Source: Yuukianura sp. NJ FZ-2021 (lineage: Eukaryota). Taken from it: a stretch of 64,000 nucleotides of DNA. Shown piece by piece: positions 20,748 to 32,369 of this stretch; the stretch's first letter is position 1, and the number at the start of each line of letters is the position of its first letter. The stretch is taken from NCBI GenBank assembly GCA_046563655.1, contig CM102285.1, forward strand, positions 6,386,001 through 6,450,000. Direction: 5' to 3'. A program made the position numbers and the translations under genes. Under the pieces are notes generated by a model, which saw only the letters and a list, made by a program, of their open reading frames with translations, ran no database searches and was not told where the DNA came from.

Positions 20748-21563
20748 ATGACCGACTACAGTCATGACAGTGACATCACTTATTTCAGTGACGAAAGCTA
20801 TGTTAGTCGCACCGGCAGTGAAAGAGAAAGTGAAAGTTCAATAGAATTTGGGGCGGAAAGTGAAGACAGAGATGGGCTCCCGCCACCATATAACCCCAGA
20901 TGGAGAGATTGGTGGAGGAACATCACCTTCAGCGACTTCAGTCGACGGCGGCTGCACCTGTCGCCGACGGACACACGTCAAACGCCCGAACAACGAATTC
21001 GATATTTGCGGGCATGCAACCTTTTGAGCAGGGAAGAGAAAGACGCAGCGGTTAGTTGCGTCAGCTACTGGCTCCGGGAAGGGGTTTCAAAATGTAAGGA
21101 ATCGGACGTCACAGCATGCTGGCATTGTCATCACTGGAAAATGATGACAGAAAAGGAGAGAATGGCGGCCGCCGACACCCGCAGGTATAGAGTTCCAGCC
21201 GTACCCACCCATGAGAACCGCGCAACCCGGGGTGCGACTGGGAAGCTGATAGTCCTCGGGATCCTCCTAGGAATGATACTATTGACAAAAATGGCAAAAG
21301 GTGAAATTACGAATACAACGATGATGGGATCAAGTAGCAGTGCAGAAGAAGAGAATAACGTTCCCTGGTACGAGGGGTCAATTATGATAATATTTGACGT
21401 CTGCTGCATCATCATGGTTGCCGTCATGGTGATTTTTGCAGTGAAGAAAAGATACGACGGAAGGTACTGCCGATGTCCCAGCTCAGGCGCAGTCCCACTT
21501 GAAGTCTATTTCCAGAACCTATCCTCAAACGAATTGCTGAATGGAATGGAGGAATCAACCTAA
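20748..21563 (+). CDS. Gypsy ORF3: 271-aa predicted membrane protein of unknown function
   Basis: Intact ATG-TAA ORF between integrase and the 3' LTR. Acidic N-terminus, Cys/His cluster, hydrophobic segments LIVLGILLGMILL and IMIIFDVCCIIMVAVMVIFAV, then KKRYDGRYCRC. Confidence 0.75.
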   Translation: MTDYSHDSDITYFSDESYVSRTGSERESESSIEFGAESEDRDGLPPPYNPRWRDWWRNITFSDFSRRRLHLSPTDTRQTPEQRIRYLRACNLLSREEKDAAVSCVSYWLREGVSKCKESDVTACWHCHHWKMMTEKERMAAADTRRYRVPAVPTHENRATRGATGKLIVLGILLGMILLTKMAKGEITNTTMMGSSSSAEEENNVPWYEGSIMIIFDVCCIIMVAVMVIFAVKKRYDGRYCRCPSSGAVPLEVYFQNLSSNELLNGMEEST

Positions 21564-22869
21564 CCAGTGAATTACACTTAACCTAGCCTCATACAGGACC
21601 TCATCTACTGAACCGAAATCTGCCAACGACCATTACTGACCACTGCCGGAAACTGGAAATCTAAACTGAATGAATCTAAGGATGGGTGATATCAAACTTT
21701 AAGCTTGCATTATTTTAATTAGCGGGGATGTCAAAAATATTTAATCTACAGGCCCTTAAAGTTAATAGAAAAATATCCCCGGACTTGAGTTTCTAAAAAT
21801 ATCTTCATATTGACCCAGGTCAGTAATATTATTAATTTAAGGAACAAATTTTAAGAACAAAAATATCTTCTTTTCCTCATATTTTGGGCAATATAGACAT
21901 ATTTTTGACAACCCTGATAATAATTAGTTAATTAACAATAATTGGTAAATTACTTTCAGTAATGATACTCTTATGTGATAAGTGAAAACCCTCATAACTC
22001 TCTCTAACCTTCTCTGTCTAACTGCAGAGCTGTGGAGGCCACTTTCCTATCTCACGTCCACACCTGTAACTTTCACGCGGTAATTAAGGAAGGTGAGAAT
22101 GAAGAGGAGGCCTCTACAAAGAGACGTGCACATAGCAGTTTCGGTATTCCCCCTGGGGGTACTGACCTAGCGTTGCTACTGCGGGGTCTCTCCCGGGCAC
22201 GGAAAATGGAAAGGATGCGCCAAGGACACAGTCATACGTACCATTCACACAACAATCAAAATGCAAATCCTCTTTGTCATGGGAATCAAAGTCATCTGGT
22301 TATCTGCTTTCACGTCACCTACATAGAATAAGTCCACTTTTTAGAATAATAAGTCGAATTAAGTTTAACTTATCATTAGAATAGGACACTTATCTGATAA
22401 TGTAAGATGTAAGATGTAAGTGATGAAGGTAGATGTAAGTCAGAACGTTTTCTGGATTTCAAACGATGAACTTAATTAGGAAGTTTGAGTTTTAACTTCT
22501 GTTTTACTTCAATTTGGCCTTTTTGAAAATGTCTTTTGTCTCCTTAGTTAATATAGCACTATAGCTAAAATATGATTCAGAGGTGCAGTAGCTCCTCTTT
22601 TGTTGTGTTGGGAGTGTTACACACACACTTTCAGTACAAGGACATTGTATGCCCTTGCACTGAGAGTGAGTGTGTGTGTGAGAGGATCTATCAATAAAGT
22701 TAGTTGATACGCAGCATCCAACAGAAGGGTGAAAGTACTTAGGTAGAGTGATATGGGCATTAGACTCATGCAGGGCTTAGGGATTGAGCCACCTTAGTTA
22801 ACCATTTTCAGAGAATGGCTAGCTTGAATAAGGTAAAGTTAGGGAACTTTCAATAATCACTCGTTTCAG

Positions 22870-23136
22870 AATCTATACTTCACAACAACATTAAACTTGG
22901 CTTTACCACCTTGTTTGAGGAAGTTGGTGCTCGGTCGTTGTCGTATGGAAAGAGTACATCTCGTGACCATGGTGGCTGGTTTACCTAATTTGGACACACT
23001 CTGTCCTTATAATCTTGGCGACCGTTACAACGATACATGCGGAGTGAATGCATATGCGTTTCTCGACATTGTTAAAACAACGCAAGAGTTTGAAGATGTT
23101 GAGGTTGCAAGATACTTCCGGAACCTCGTTTGTTAA
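22870..23136 (+). pseudogene. Possible leucine-rich-repeat gene fragment
   Basis: LPPCLRKLVLGRC and LPNLDTLCPYNL fit LxxLxL repeats, after a TTTCAG acceptor. No intact gene. Confidence 0.3.
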
Positions 23137-25027
23137 CAATGACGAAGATGATCGGCTGTGCACGGACATAATTACTGCTGGACGGTCCTTGGACATGACA
23201 AATGTACATCCACCACGAAATGCAAGATCCGTATGCCATTTCACCTTTTCAGACGTTCGGAGACAACAACAACTAATGAAAAGGTGAAGATTATGATTTC
23301 AAAGTATGATAACGAATTGAGGAGGAGTCGCATACATCGAAAGCGGCAACGGTATTATCCGGAACTTCAGAACTTGTACATTTCAGATTAGGGCTGTGGT
23401 TTCGAGAAAAAATTAGTTAGTTCTACTTTAGCAGTCGACCAAAGCGGTTCAAATTTCAGAAGAATAAGATCATGGAGTCTAGGCGACACTACACAAGTGA
23501 AAAGGAAGGGAAGTGGTTCAAGTGTTGGTACACGAATTCAGATGGCAGAAGAAGGTCACATTCAAGAGAGATGGCTGGCATACGGAAATCCTCATAAAGG
23601 ACACTCCCTTCATCGTTGAAAAACTCATCCAGTGCTACATTCTTGCCGGAAACACCCAAAATCCAAAAACCCGCCCAGAATTCAAAAAAATTATGGGGGA
23701 GGCGAACATCTTATACCTGAACAAGCAAAGGAACTTGAGGTACGATGGTGAGTCTTAAAAATGTAAGACTCTTCATCGGGTGAAAAAAATCAAGGAAGAC
23801 AATTGGAACGAAGATGTTTGGGGAGTTAGGGGATTTGGAGATGGAGTAAAGACATGGAATATAACAATTGGCTACGTTCTCTAAATGGTTCAAATTCCGA
23901 CATGTCATCGTTCTCAGGGGATGACGGACATTCCAAGAACAAAGACGGAGTTCATGCTAATAAGAGATAGTAACAAATTCCCAGCTATAACTGAAGCAAC
24001 GTCAGCAGTTTCCTACACTCCCAAATCGTTTTCTCCTACCTTGCCCTACTTCTCTTTCATGTTCCATTTGATTTCTACTCGAACCTTCATCATCTTAACA
24101 CTACTACTACTACTCCTTTCTTTTGCTGGCAATAATGGCGTCAAACGATCAAAGTAAAGTAAAACAAATTTCTGTCTCTGCTGCTTTGGAGTTGCAATGT
24201 TTAAAAAGTAAAAAAATTCTCGTGCTCTGTTTCAGACGAATCTTTGGACGTGATTATGTTTGCTCCCAGCGATGCGGCTTTTGATTAGGACAAGCGGTTG
24301 TGGGTTTTTAGCCTGGAGACCATGTACAAGGAGAAGGTGTACCACTGGGTCTACTTTCGCCGAAACTATCACATTCACACGGTCAGCTCGGTCCCGTAAG
24401 TTGTGCGTCGACTCTCTACCTTTTACTTGAGGGCAACTGCAGGAGGGCCGCAACAATTGGAAACCTTCAAGACGACCCTGTACACTTGCCTCAGCCACAT
24501 TGAAACCTTCAACCAGGAGCTGGAACACGTCCCACACGACTAAATCTCTTTCCCTTTTCACTTGGTAAAAACAAAATTTTAATCTTTTTACTTGATTCGG
24601 AACGAAAAAGAGATGTGGATTTTGTAAATTTTATTATTTTCTTTTGGATTTAATTGAATGAAGTACAGTATTGATTAATGTTAGAGAAGGAAGGAGATAA
24701 TTTTTTTGAGAGTGTCCTTAGCTTTTTTCTCACAAATTGTCTAACTAGCCTATCATTTATTTTGCAATTCGAGTTGAAGTTGCAGTAGATGGACGACAGC
24801 AAGTGTGGTAAGGTGTCTATAAAAAATAGATTGCATATTCTCGACAGAGTTGGGAGATTGGGCTTTGAAGAGTCGGGATGTTTTCCATAATTGAAGTCTG
24901 GAGCCGAGATGCAAAGTTGGAAAAGGCCTTGTCGTAAAACGGTTTGTCACAAGTGTCTTGGGTCTAAACTGGAACAAGAAAACGGACGCTCTGTTTTGTG
25001 ACTCAGTTCCACTAGACATTCCACTTA

Positions 25028-26394
25028 CGAGGCATGCTTTTTCACGTGATCTCGAAATTTTGAATTTTAGAGTTATAGTCGAGTTCCTGATGTAAGCACA
25101 AACATTGCGGTGGTAGTATTAGTTGCGAATGCAAAAAAAAAAAAAAAATCTAAAATTTCTACCCCAGTATTTGAACCCGCGTCCCCCACCTCAAAGGACA
25201 AAAAACGCCCAGACGCTTTCTCACTCACAAGCAAGAGAAACTATGGACACCTGGACTGAAAATTCCCCTTTTTGTCGTCGACACAAAAACGACTTTTTCA
25301 CAGCTAACATTAATTTTAAAAACTCCATTTTTTTTTTCAAAAAATGGACGTAAATCCAATCGAAATTTCGAAAAAGTTCGTCAGAATTGTTGAGTATGAG
25401 TTCGGGGAGTATAATTTAAACACTATGTGAGAAAGTACAGACGCTTTTGCTGACAAGTTGTACTCAACTTTCCTCCAGCTCCTTGATGGCATTGTTTTTG
25501 GAGAAGAAGAGGACTTGATAGCTCAAGACAAAGGGAAAGTCAAAAGTTTCTCCCAATAGTCATTTCAAAAACGTTCCACAACCTTGTTTTTAAACATTTT
25601 TTTGAAAAAATGGATGAAAATTTTGAATCTGACAATGAAAGTATTGATGCCAACGAAATCCCTTTACACGAAAAGAAAAGAATGCTGGATTTTGTTGACT
25701 TACATCCTAACTACAGCCTACCTACACTAAAACGTAAAGGATGTGCTTCACTTCCATCCAAATCTCGTCTACCCTTTTGGAGAAATCAAGTTTTGGAATG
25801 AGGAACAAGAAGAGAAAAGCTACGCCAAATTAAAAAGTTTGTGCTTCAAAATTTCGTGGCTTCACGTGACTCAGGCAAAATCCTCCGGCCAAAAAATCTG
25901 CAACAATGGGGAATTCAAAAGGCAACCGAAATTCAAGCAAAATTTTTTTAGAGCAAGTAGAAGTTGGGCTGACAATTTTAAATCAAAACATCGAATTAAA
26001 AGTCGTCGAATAAACCTTCTCCTAAGCCGTCACGTAGTTTCAAATTCAGAGGATCTCATGGAGAAAGCAGGGTGGTTTCAAGTGAGAGTGAAGGAGAAAT
26101 TGAAAAATTTAAAATTAATTTTCACCCGCGAAAAAAGTCGTTATTGTGTCGACGACAAAAAGGGGAATTTTCAGTCCAGGTGTCCATAATTTCTCTTGCG
26201 CGGCGAGTGAGAAAGCGTCTGGGCGGTTTTTGTCCTTTGAGGCGGGGGACGCGGGTTCAAATACTGAGGTAGAATTTTTTTTTTTTTTGGCGTTCGCAAC
26301 TAAAACTACCAACAAAATGTTTGTGCTTACATCAGGAACTCGACTATAACTCTAGAATTCCAAATTTCGAGATCACGTGGAAAAGCATCCCTCG
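25028..26394 (+). mobile_element. Internally deleted pogo/Tc1-mariner DNA transposon with ~295-bp imperfect TIRs
   Basis: TIRs at 25028-~25320 and ~26108-26394 (CGAGG.ATGCTTTT.CACGTGATCTCGAAATTT...), with TA on the left. The interior is a degenerate CENP-B-type HTH (FRASRSWADNFKSKHRIKSRRI) with no DDE domain. Confidence 0.85.
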
Positions 26395-28865
26395 TTAGTA
26401 TTACTAAAAGAGTAGTTTTGTCTGTTTTTCAAAAAGTTTTTGACCCCCTCGGATTTTTGGCTCCAGTGCTCAGCGTGCCAAAGATGCTTCTTCAGAAAGC
26501 CTGGAGTGACAGCAAAAAGTGGGACGAAGAAGTGACAGAAGAAATCAAGTCGGAATTTTTGTCATGGTCCAAGGAACTGTCAAGGGTGCTGGAGAAAATT
26601 CAAATTCCGCGGGGCGTAACTGGTAACGTGGGCCAAGACTGCCACTGCCAATTATATGTTTTTGGAGATGCATCTCAGAAGCGCTATGCAGCAGTAGCGT
26701 TTCTGCGTGTGGAGACGACGTCAGATGTCAGTTTACCTCGTGCAGTGCATGTTCGGGAATTTGCTTTCTGTTTTGCAGAGATGGGAATAGGCTACTTAAT
26801 TTTAACCTAACTTTAACTTAGAATTACTGGAAGAGATGAGACTGAAAGTGAAAGGGTTAGGATTTATTTTAGTGCTATTTACATTACTCTTATCCACTTG
26901 AGTGGAGAGAGAAAGGGTTAAGCGTGAGTTTTAAGGTGCATGCAATTTACTATTACTATTACTGTACGACTTGCGCACTAGAGTAAGGACAGTAAGTGTA
27001 ATTTCCAAATAGCCGCTCTCTTCACATTGCTATAGGATAAGTTACCGCTCTTTGGTGTATTTTTGCTATTATTAATAGTATAAGCAAGGAGGAGTGTTCC
27101 TGCAATATACATATTCATACAACAGTCTTCGTTTCATCTTCCTACTGTAAGGTATTCTCTTTCAATGAGTCATCGAATAGCCATCTTAGGTTTTCTTCTC
27201 TTTCATGTTTTTACCAATTACTAATTAGTCAAAATAAATACTAAATCAAATCCACTTGACGTCAGAGCGGTCATCGATTATTTAGAACCACCGAACATCA
27301 AGCATTCTACATTTCAGTGCAAGTCTCGAGGCGCCCCATAAAGCTAATGCAAATTGGAACTACTCGCCACCACCATCGATGCAAGACTAGGAGTTAGTGT
27401 CAAAGAGGCCCTTCATTTGAGTGACATCACAACGTACTAAGTGTCTGAATCCTCTACAGCACTGTCGTGAGGAAGTGACTACTGGGGGACGTTCGTGGGA
27501 AACAGCTAAAGAAATTTGTACTTTGACCAGAGTCAGTGACTGGAACCACATACCAGGAGTTCACAATCCAGCAGATGTTCCGTCTAGAGGCGTCAGCCCC
27601 ATCAAATTCCTCGAGACGAAATGGTGGGAAGGACCTGCGAGGCTGAAACTGCGGAAGGAACAGTGGTCGAAAGCAGAATTCGTCATGGACGAAGTAGAAG
27701 TGAACAGGGAGAGAAGAAAGAACAATTCGTCTCTCGTTAATTTGAATGCTGCATCTAAACGTTGGTACGTGAGGAAGAATCAGTACGAAGCTAATCTCCG
27801 TCTCCTTTGTTATGTTCTTAAGTTCGTGAATTTGCTCAGGAAAAAGTCAGTTGAGAAGAGCTCCCGACCTACCAGAGATTAGAGAAGATTAGCAGAAGAG
27901 AGCACACAGCTTCATTTCGTTTTCCAAAGATCAAAGACCAAAGCTACGATTTTCGCGTAGCTCCAAATATCTACTGAGAAAGTCACTTGGATTAGGCAAA
28001 TTGTCATTGGGGCAACTGGAGAAAGCACTTTGTGAAGTGGAAGCTACCATCAATCATCGCCCATTGGCTTACGTGACCGAAGCTCTGAAAGATTTTGTGC
28101 CTTTGACTCCGGCTATGTTCATGCACAATCTTCCCTACAGTGAGCTACCAGAAACCAGTGCAGTCATCGCGTCAACTATGAAGAAGGAGGAGAACACTCT
28201 ACAGCAGCTCCACCAAGAAATCAGGAAACGTTTTAGATCTGAATAATTACGCCAATTAACTCAAAGCGGAAACGAGCAGGAGATCCGTGAATTCAAAATT
28301 GGAGAAGTCGTACTGGTTGGAATCGACAATCACAAGCAGATCTTCTGGCCATTGGAGAAGATTGTGGAACTCCTTACAGGGAAAGACGGAGAAGTACGAG
28401 TTGCGAGGATTCGGACCAAGAATGGCACTCAACTTCGTCCCGTACAGCGTTTGATTCCATTGGAGATCCGAGATGACGTCACAGAAATCTCACTGGTCCA
28501 GACCCGAAGTGTCGCGACGAAAAGAGAATAAAACACCCAAGAAAACTTCAGGAACAGGAGTCCGTTGTAGAACTGGACGTGGAGGTGGAATCGGATTAAG
28601 TTGTAACCTGGAGTGGAAGAGAGGTGAGGAAGCTAAACCGATTCTCCGTCAACTAGATTAGGTTTAGTTCTTTATTTTCATTTCCATTTCAAAGTTAAAG
28701 TTTAGGTTAATTTGATTTGGTTAAGTTATGGTTTCATTCGGAGTTTTTTTTTCAATAGAGTTTCAAAGTAATTGTTAAAAAAGTTTCTACGTAATTTCTT
28801 ACATCAGAAATTGGGAAGAAATGTTGGATAATTTAGTTTTTCTAAATGTTAACTTAGGAAGTGAG

Positions 28866-30069
28866 AGTTTTTTTCTAACTCTCGTGAGTATCAGACGTGT
28901 GTCATTTTGCTCCGGCTTTTTCCTTCACCACTAATTGTCGCAAGTTACGCTATGTCTAAGTTACTACGTTACTACTAACTACTAAGTTACTACTAACCAA
29001 ACATCACCCTCATCTTCACTCTCAAGATCAAATGTCAACTTAACTGGAAAACGACCAGCCTCGTCTCCGCTTCAAAAGGATGACAAAAGAAACAAAGATG
29101 AATCTGCTGAAAGTGACCCTTTGAGTGGAACCCTCGAAGAGCTAATGCGGTTTCTGGTTCGACAATTCATCGAGTGGCAACCGGTAGTGGAAAAATTAAA
29201 GAAAATTGACATGTTAGACCCAGTAGCTATGGTTCAACGCTTTATGACAATGGAATCTGAATGGAATCGAGTTCAACGTCAAGTCATTGCACCCAATGTT
29301 GTGATTACCGGTTTGGAAGAAGGTACTCCTGAAACTGCGGCAGATCTTTACCTCAACGTCCAAAACCTATTCCAGAAGCTCAGATTACCAAATATGGACT
29401 TCAGCCAATGCAGAAGACTCGGAAGGAAAGCGGATAGGCCCCGACTATCCTATAACGTAAAACGTTGTCGTAAAACTTCTTCGTGAGCGAGATAAATTTA
29501 GCATATTGAAGCAGAAATCGACACTACGTGATGACTCAACCTTTAAAAGTATTTACATCAACCCTGAGAAGACAAAGATGGACAGGGGGAGGGAAGGCAT
29601 ATTAAGAGAAGCGAGAAAAAATCCCCGATTGGATGAACCCGGTGCCAAATTTGAAACACGAAATGGAATACTGAAAATGACGGTAGGAAAAACGTGCAAA
29701 CGCGTCACAGTGGACGCTGGGGATCTATCGTCCCATCATAACTACTCTAATTCGGTAAACGTTTCTGTTCCCTTTCTGATGTAACCAAACGTGAGAATCA
29801 TAAGATCCCAAGAAATTCCTCATTTTTGGACTCTGTGCCCGTCTTTATTGTTTACGCATTACAAATTAGATCACAGACTTGTCAACGCAGCTAAATTCTC
29901 TTGTTCTAAAATCTGTCAATCCAACTCTGTTCTATTTTTACTGAATGATTACCCAACAATGAATCACGCTAGTTAGAATCAAACTCCTTGTGATCCTGTA
30001 CATCAAGCAATGCGTTAATTGGCTCCATGGATTACGGGCCCGCAGGGAGCGGCTTTATTAAATAAAAAA
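28866..30069 (+). mobile_element. Non-autonomous LINE derivative carrying only a degenerate ORF1, inserted in the Pao LTR
   Basis: TSD AACTTAGGAAGTGAGA at 28851-28866 and 31054-31069. ORF1-like segments KRPASSP, NVVITGLEEG, RRLGRK..RPR, VVKL and SIYINPEKTK. Ends in an AATAAAAAA A-run. No endonuclease or RT. Confidence 0.75.
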
Positions 30070-31052
30070 CAAGGTAGGGCGATGCTCAAGGGTTGAGCAT
30101 AGGTCTTCTGGAGGGAGTTGACAATTGATACGACATTTAGACCGGCCTACCGTAAAACTGTGGACGAACTGAGAAACCGTTTTCATGTAGTTGCTGCACC
30201 ATGTGGCTCAAAATTTTCAGTGCGGATGTAAGGTCCTATTTTGTGCATGAGTTGCACCAAAATTGAATTGGCAAATCTATCATTTAATTGAACCAAAATC
30301 ATGTTCCAGGTTTTGAGCCCCAAAATATTTGCACTGAATTAATGTTCTTAATTTGTTGAGCAAGATGCACATAATGTATTGTCGGTGTTGCCATGGCAAT
30401 GTACTATTAGCGAAAAGAGCGTAAACGAAACAGCCTCAAAATAATGATGTCGAAGTTGAGATTTGAGCATGATGCACAAATTTGAACGCTGAGGAGGATG
30501 GGTCGAATATCCCTTCTTTCAAATTGAAATCGGTTCATGAAAATGCACAGTGTATTAAATTAAGTGCATAAGTTATTGAGCCGAAAATCGCTTGTTTATA
30601 ATCAAAATTATAAAAATTTCTTGCAAAGGCAAATTAGAACCCTGCCAAGCACTGCTTACGCATTACGAATTTAAGCCGGATTTTCTACCCTCTGATCGGT
30701 GTTAATTTAACAACGTAATTAAACATACTGCCAGAAAATGACCAGATCAAAACTCCGTTGTTTATAAATATTTTGAGTGCAATCGAAACTAAAACAGTTT
30801 TGCGGAGCCACGATACTGCGGGTACGTAGTGTAGCCGCCTGCTTCTACGTTGTTAATTTAACACTTTGAGTGCAATGTAGACCTACTGAAAACTCTTGAG
30901 CCATACATAACCCCCCGACTGCGATGGGGCTAATGTTTCAGAGCAATGAGTACTAAAAAACGTGACGGACGGACGGACAGACAGACAGACGGACAAAGTC
31001 GTATCAATAGTCTTCTTCAGCACGTCGTAGACGTGCGTCTCCAGAAGACTAA
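30068..31052 (-). mobile_element. Helentron-associated (DINE-1/HINE-like) non-autonomous element
   Basis: Subterminal inverted repeats GTCTTCTGGAG (30103-30113) and CTCCAGAAGAC (31039-31049), with a partial repeat at 31009. (GGAC)n(AGAC)n microsatellite at 30964-30995. Terminal hairpin ATGCTCAA-GGG-TTGAGCAT. Inserted in an A/T run with no TSD. Confidence 0.75.
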
Positions 31053-31555
31053 AAACTTAGGAAGTGAGAAATTTTGAGCGCGATTTTCTCTTTCTAGTTT
31101 CTAAATTTAAAATAGCCTTATGCGCCTGCGCTCAGGGTTTCTCACCTCGAGGTGTTAGATTTTTAGTGTAAGATACAACCAGTAACAAGTAGCAAGTTAT
31201 GCACAAGTAAGAATCTGATTTTGTAAGATTGAGATTAATCGGTTTTGATTAATTAAACGTTACTAAGTTAGTACAAGTACAAGTAATTAAATTAAATACA
31301 GGTTGCTAATTTTGAATCTTTGTCTAGCCATTGTCATTAGTCAGTTTGCTCCGGCCAGTTAATTTGTAGGAATCAGAAAAGAGCAGTGAACGGTTAGTTT
31401 TCTGGTCCACCTTTTTAACACCTTCTAACGGTTATAAAATCTGTTCTAAATAAATTTAGTACTCTTTCAGGCCTTGATAGGAACAAGAGTAAAACCTTTA
31501 TTCATAACACGGAGTCACAGCAGAGAATGGAATTCGCAGAAAATTTAATCAAACG

Positions 31556-31938
31556 CAGTGTTGGTGGATGCTTAAACGCCCAGTGGCTTAATTCCGACTT
31601 CCATTGGATATCCACTGGAAGAAATACACCCGAAATGGATGAAACTTTTAGTGAATGAATAAGGAAATTAACTCGAAATTCAAAAAAAAATCAAATTTAA
31701 AATTACAAGATCATATGAAAAAGACTTTCTTTCATCGTTAAAATTAAAACTCAGGCAAAAACGCTGTTTCCTTCGTTTTTGTACGGTATTTTGAATTGTT
31801 TATGCCTTTTGTATTTAACAAATTCAAACACCGCGACCAAAGCTACGCCCCTTTGAATTCATCCATTTCGTCCATTTCTTACACTGGATGTGCAGCCGTG
31901 GATGAAATGCCGAAAAAGTGGATATCCACCAACATCTG
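31556..31938. mobile_element. hAT-like MITE
   Basis: Termini CAGTGTTGGTGGAT / ATCCACCAACATCTG. Flanks ATCAAACG / ATCAAAAA look like a degenerate 8-bp TSD. Confidence 0.6.
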
Positions 31939-32369
31939 ATCAAAAAATTTTCATCACTGTTTTTCCTGCCGAAAGGAGCTTTCGTTTCAGTGCACACTCA
32001 AAAACTGCGGTAGACCTGTGTCCCCACAAGTGTTGCGCAGACCGGTTTTTTTAACATTCGTCAAATGAGGCTTAAAAACAGAGATTGCACGTATGTCGCT
32101 ATTACGGAAGTCAACATGTTCAAACGGGCGACTTTTGCTGAGCCTTCTTTTTGAAGTGTCTGCCGGTAACTTTTCTTATCGTTTAGGCCTCGAGAAAAGA
32201 ACCAGTTTGAACGTGAAAGTCGCATCAACCAGAACACTGTGGCAACTTGCACATAACTAGCTGAAAATTTTCGAGTTGTGTTGTAAGGTGACGGCACTTT
32301 AATGCATTTTAGCACAATTTCGCAAAAAAAAAAGACGCAAAAAGGATTAGTTTGCATTTTTCGGATATA

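Larger units (their letters stand above)
15204..22723 (+). mobile_element. Full-length Ty3/gypsy LTR retrotransposon with very short LTRs and an extra 3' ORF
   Basis: 109-bp LTRs at 15204-15312 and 22615-22723 (TGTTA...CAACA, one mismatch). TSD GAAG at 15200-15203 and 22724-22727. PBS-like TGGTGGACGAGCTG at 15314. Domain order PR-RT-RH-IN. Confidence 0.97.
26398..31420 (+). mobile_element. Degenerate, 5'-truncated BEL/Pao LTR retrotransposon (RT end, RNase H, integrase tail, PPT, interrupted 3' LTR)
   Basis: Pao motifs FDPLGFLAP, VFGDAS..YAAVAFLR, WNHIPGVHNPADVPSRG, WWEGP, EVEATINHRPL, PLTPAMF and GKDGEVRVA...RPVQRLIPLE. PPT GGGAAGAAA, then TGTTGG at 28822. The LTR end at 31420 is tentative. 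An unrelated ~580-bp insert lies at ~26730-27312. Confidence 0.85.

Noticed and set aside
15185..22745. Hammerhead-ribozyme-like core (CTGAAGG-GCCC-GGAA-GGGT-GAAAGTACTT) reconstituted when the gypsy insertion is removed
   Set aside because: The conserved A9 is G and stem I does not pair convincingly. It could be chance or a very decayed Penelope-type motif.
23140..25020. Several short ORFs between the gypsy and pogo elements
   Set aside because: They are broken by stops and have no recognisable domain. Probably decayed gene or TE fragments.
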